DNA from: Candidatus Zixiibacteriota bacterium
GTDB lineage: Bacteria > Zixibacteria > MSB-5A5 > GN15 > JAAZOE01
Reading direction: 5' to 3'
Length of the DNA stretch: 20,054 bases
Assembly: GCA_043819555.1 (NCBI GenBank)
Contig: JBDREQ010000004.1
Coordinates: 1-20,054, forward strand
Shown here: positions 16,498 to 20,054 of the stretch, piece by piece
How positions within the stretch are numbered: position 1 is the stretch's first letter
How the letters are laid out: each line of letters begins with the position of its first letter
The notes under the pieces: model-generated
Told to the model about the DNA's origin: nothing
Seen by the model: only the letters and a program-made list of their open reading frames with translations
Databases searched by the model: none
Made by a program: the position numbers and the translations under genes

Positions 16498-18393
16498 ATG
16501 AGAAAAACACAACTTTGTTTAATGCTATTGTTTTTATATACCGCCAATTCATTTCCCCAAAATCTTTTAAATCAGCCGGAGAGCGTCGTGTTTGATTCCG
16601 TCTATAATAGATATTTGGTTACAAATTACGGCGGTCATTCTGTAGTACAAATTGATATGGATGGAAATCAGTCCAACTTTGCCACGGGAGTTGGTGAATG
16701 TTTGAGCAGTTGTCTGGTCGGAGATGTGTTGTATTATACTGCTGGTAATACTGTTTATGGTCTTGATTTGGCGACAGGAGACCAGATCTGGTGGGCACCG
16801 GTTCCGACACCAGGCGATCTTGACGGAATTACCGCCGATACATCAGGAAACCTATATATTTGCGATGTAAGTTATGCCAGGATTATAAAGATTAATATAA
16901 GCACCATGGCTGGCACACAATTTGTCACCGCGGGTCTGCCGGATTCACCTCAGGATGTTACGTATGATGTAACCCACGATCGATTATTGGTATGTAGCTA
17001 CTCTTATCGAGCGCCAATTATCAGCATAAGCCTTTCTGATTCAATACCGGTCCAAATAGTTAAGACTGATTTTGGATATCATGATGGTATAAAGGTTGAT
17101 CGCAGCGGCAATTGTTATGTTAGCGCAACCGGCGCGCATGCGATTTACAGGTACGATTCAACATTTACAAATCCTCCGGAACTAATTGCACACGGTATTG
17201 ATTGGCCGACGGGGATGGACTATAACCATCGCGATCATGAAATAGCCGTTGGATCATTTTATGATAATCAATTCTACACAATCGATATGAAACCCCACAT
17301 GGGATTAATTGGGAGATCTTTTACCGAAGTCGGCGGAGACATGGACGGTCATCTTGATTCTGGAGAGGATATAGAAATTTTAATTTCGGTTAAAAATTCA
17401 AGATCAACTGCAACTAATGTCACAGCAAATCTGATTTCGAATGATTCATACATCGATGTGATTAATGCTTCATGCGCATTCGCATCGGATATTGAATGGG
17501 GTGGAGAATCGACCGCTTCCTCGCCCTTTTTAATTTCTATTTCGGAAGAATGCCCGGAATCGCATATCGTGGAATTACCTGTTGAAATTTACGTCGATGG
17601 AGATTTGCGTAAAACGGATACGATATCGATTTTTATTGGAGAGGAAAAAGGATTTAATGACAGTATGGAAGGCGGTTTGGAGCACTGGCGATATTGTACA
17701 ATGACTGTACCATATGGGAATCAATGGCATATTGAAACATTTCGGACACATGATGGAACTTACTCCTGGAAAGTTGGCGGCGAAGGGGAAATTAATTACG
17801 ACCATTACTTAGATGCCGGGCTCATTTCGCCCCCCTTTCTACTGGCGACTAATTCAGTGCTGAGGTTCTGGCACTGGTATCAAATCCACGCCGCGTCGGC
17901 CCCCGGCACTTATGACGCCGCCATAGTATATCTGATTACCTGTGACGGTTCCATAACTTTAATTGAGCCAGCGGGCGCATATCCCTATAGCACCATTGCA
18001 AGTTACTCGAGCTCAATTCCTACCGGGACACCCTGTTTCTCCGGGTATACTGATTGGAATGAAGTTGAATTTGATTTGTCTGAATTTTCGGGGGTGGCAC
18101 AGCTTCTATTTCGCTTCTCAAGTAATGGAGATTTAAACAATAGAGGCTGGTATATCGACGAAATTTCTATAGTCGGTGATCCGGATTATATATGCGGCGA
18201 CGCCAACTCAGATCTCCAGGCCAATGTCGGTGACGCAGTGTTTATCATTAACCATGTCTTCAAAGGCGGGCCTGCCCCTGTACCAATTGAAGCTGGCGAC
18301 GCCAATTGTGACGATCAATGCAATGTCGGGGATGCAGTATATTTGATAAATCATGTTTTCAAAGGTGGTCCGCCGCCGTGTGCCGAATGCTAA
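16498..18393 (+). CDS. Secreted multidomain protein: SMP-30/NHL-like propeller, Ig-like domain, MAM/immune-inhibitor-A-like jelly-roll, dockerin-like C-terminal domain
   Basis: GGAG RBS before ATG 16498 and a signal peptide; propeller blades; GDMDGHLDSGEDIEI...VKN; LISP...LRFWHWY...GWYIDEISI; duplicated [25 protein letters not shown]. Confidence 0.88.
   Translation: MRKTQLCLMLLFLYTANSFPQNLLNQPESVVFDSVYNRYLVTNYGGHSVVQIDMDGNQSNFATGVGECLSSCLVGDVLYYTAGNTVYGLDLATGDQIWWAPVPTPGDLDGITADTSGNLYICDVSYARIIKINISTMAGTQFVTAGLPDSPQDVTYDVTHDRLLVCSYSYRAPIISISLSDSIPVQIVKTDFGYHDGIKVDRSGNCYVSATGAHAIYRYDSTFTNPPELIAHGIDWPTGMDYNHRDHEIAVGSFYDNQFYTIDMKPHMGLIGRSFTEVGGDMDGHLDSGEDIEILISVKNSRSTATNVTANLISNDSYIDVINASCAFASDIEWGGESTASSPFLISISEECPESHIVELPVEIYVDGDLRKTDTISIFIGEEKGFNDSMEGGLEHWRYCTMTVPYGNQWHIETFRTHDGTYSWKVGGEGEINYDHYLDAGLISPPFLLATNSVLRFWHWYQIHAASAPGTYDAAIVYLITCDGSITLIEPAGAYPYSTIASYSSSIPTGTPCFSGYTDWNEVEFDLSEFSGVAQLLFRFSSNGDLNNRGWYIDEISIVGDPDYICGDANSDLQANVGDAVFIINHVFKGGPAPVPIEAGDANCDDQCNVGDAVYLINHVFKGGPPPCAEC
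18184..18390 (+). repeat. Dockerin-like module, copy 1
   Basis: 69 aa, 61/69 identical to the module at 19836-20042, with an internal duplication of the Ca-binding loop-helix. Confidence 0.85.
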
Positions 18394-18575
18394 TAAATGA
18401 GCATTCCCTTAAGAAGCGGGTGATAGAGGGTAGGCTATTTGAAAAATACGGACTTACGATAAAGGCTAAAGGCGGAAATCTACCGTCATGGCTTAAGAAG
18501 GAATGATACTGGCTATTGTTCCGAACTTTAGAGAAAATTGGTTTTGTAAATATTCTAATTAAAGGGAATACGCAA

Positions 18576-20048
18576 ATGAAAAAAAAACTTATCTTTTCAG
18601 TCTTGGCATTAGTTCTAATGACGGCTGGGGTGAATGTTATGGCCGCTGAAGTTATGGATTCTTGTGTAATAAATCCAATGAATGCTCAAAACGTGGAATT
18701 GCTTTACACCATTACCAACCATACCGATGGCGCCTGGAATGCGGTTTTCAGCCACGACGGCAGTATGCTGGCTACTTGTGCTCAGGATGGCCAGGTATTG
18801 ATTCATAGTGTCAGTAACCCTGATTCCATTATCCATTTAATAGGTCATACTACATGGGTATTGGGTTTGGCTTTCAGCCCTGATGATCAGTTTTTGGCAT
18901 CGACAGGTACAGACGGTTTTGGCGGAGTTCAGCCCGGTGTAATCAAGATATGGGATATTGCGACAGGTACTCAGGTGCAGGAATTACCTGGCCATAATGG
19001 TGGTAGTTGGAGTCTTGACTATCAGGAAAGTACGGGCATTCTGGCTTCTTGCGGAAAAGACGCCACGGTTAAGCTATGGGATCCTTCTACTGGTGATCTA
19101 CTCAATACCCTGACAGGTCATTCCGGCTGGATATTATCAGTTGATTTTCACCCAAATCAGGATTTAGTTGCATCATCAGGCTTAGATAAGTCAATTCGCA
19201 TATGGAATAGCCAAACCGGAGAACAGGTTGATAAATTGACTGGTCATACAAATAATGTAGGTTTTGTTAAATTTAGTCCGGATGGTTTATATTTGGCCTC
19301 GGGAGCCGACGATTACACAGTGCGGCTTTGGAATGTTTCCGATGGTTCAGAAATATGGAAGATATCCGCAGGGCAGGGATGGGTAAATGGTGTTAATTTC
19401 AATCCCAATGGTGACCTTTTATTAACTTGTGGGCATAATGGTTCAGTAGTTTTGCGTAAAACAACAAATGGTGAAGAGATTGTTCGTTTTAACGATCATA
19501 TCGTATCTGTCTTGCGAGGAAGCTTCAACCCCAGAGGGACACTATTTGCGACAGCCGGCTGGGATAGGACTGTTCGCGTATGGGGAATAAATAATCTTAT
19601 CGACACAGATAATGATGGTGTGCCGGATGGTTGTGACAGATGTGATGATTATGATGATCATGAAGATGCCGATATGGATTTGATTCCCGATGGCTGCGAC
19701 AATTGTATCGATTATGCTAATCCCGATCAGGAAGATTTCGACGAAGATAATGTCGGTGACAGTTGCGATAACTGTCTTGATGTCGTCAATCCGGATCAAG
19801 ACGACAGTGATGATGACGGCATTGGTGATGCCTGCGATTATATTTGCGGTGATGCGAATGATGACGGCCAATCCAACGTAGGTGATGCCGTCTTCATTAT
19901 TAGTCATGTCTTCAAAGGCGGTCCAGCACCCGACCCCATCGAAGCCGGGGATGCCAATTGTGACGGCCAATGCAACGTCGGGGATGCCGTATATCTAATC
20001 AATCATGTCTTCAAAGGCGGTCCTCCGCCATGCCAATTGTGCTTATAG
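18576..20048 (+). CDS. Secreted WD40-repeat protein with thrombospondin type-3 repeats and a dockerin-like C-terminal domain
   Basis: MKKK signal peptide from ATG 18576; 7 GH...WD repeats; DxDxDGxxDxCDNC repeats; dockerin-like tail. Confidence 0.92.
   Translation: MKKKLIFSVLALVLMTAGVNVMAAEVMDSCVINPMNAQNVELLYTITNHTDGAWNAVFSHDGSMLATCAQDGQVLIHSVSNPDSIIHLIGHTTWVLGLAFSPDDQFLASTGTDGFGGVQPGVIKIWDIATGTQVQELPGHNGGSWSLDYQESTGILASCGKDATVKLWDPSTGDLLNTLTGHSGWILSVDFHPNQDLVASSGLDKSIRIWNSQTGEQVDKLTGHTNNVGFVKFSPDGLYLASGADDYTVRLWNVSDGSEIWKISAGQGWVNGVNFNPNGDLLLTCGHNGSVVLRKTTNGEEIVRFNDHIVSVLRGSFNPRGTLFATAGWDRTVRVWGINNLIDTDNDGVPDGCDRCDDYDDHEDADMDLIPDGCDNCIDYANPDQEDFDEDNVGDSCDNCLDVVNPDQDDSDDDGIGDACDYICGDANDDGQSNVGDAVFIISHVFKGGPAPDPIEAGDANCDGQCNVGDAVYLINHVFKGGPPPCQLCL
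19836..20042 (+). repeat. Dockerin-like module, copy 2
   Basis: Near-identical in protein sequence to 18184-18390; most DNA differences are at third codon positions. Confidence 0.85.
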
Positions 20049-20054
20049 AGTTGT

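Noticed and set aside
1856..18836. Other short ORFs nested in or antisense to long genes (e.g. 1856-2167, 7425-7730, 12209-12529, 14562-14882, 15919-16203)
   Set aside because: They overlap well-supported CDSs and have no protein-like features.
19542..19970. 142-aa minus-strand ORF and 19690-19881 alternate-frame ORF
   Set aside because: Shadows of the Asp-rich TSP3/dockerin coding sequence.
18184..20042. DGR template/variable repeat pair
   Set aside because: Both copies are coding, differences are mostly synonymous and not adenine-specific, and there is no reverse transcriptase in the window.

Overview
A bacterial accessory region of mostly exported repeat proteins: five beta-propeller types, TPR/Sel1 proteins, a collagen-like lipoprotein and a peptidoglycan-binding protein. 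The Cys-flanked dockerin-like C-terminal tags suggest an FCB-group organism such as candidate Zixibacteria (inference, not checked). The left part (1-6300) is a + strand run of unrelated secreted-protein genes with mobile-element debris: the end of an IS481-like element that overlaps the start of the first gene, a second IS481-like 5' fragment, a 110-bp MITE-like element, and a truncated RAYT transposase between inverted REP-like hairpins. The right part has a translationally coupled minus-strand unit: ECF sigma factor, zinc-finger/TM/TPR anti-sigma and secreted propeller. It is followed by a GT-C-like membrane protein, an NTF2-like lipoprotein and a free secreted homolog of the anti-sigma TPR domain. 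Divergent from the sigma gene are two dockerin-tagged secreted proteins, the first carrying a paralog of the operon's propeller. No rRNA, tRNA or CRISPR array was recognised. All family calls come from motif recognition by eye; no searches were run.
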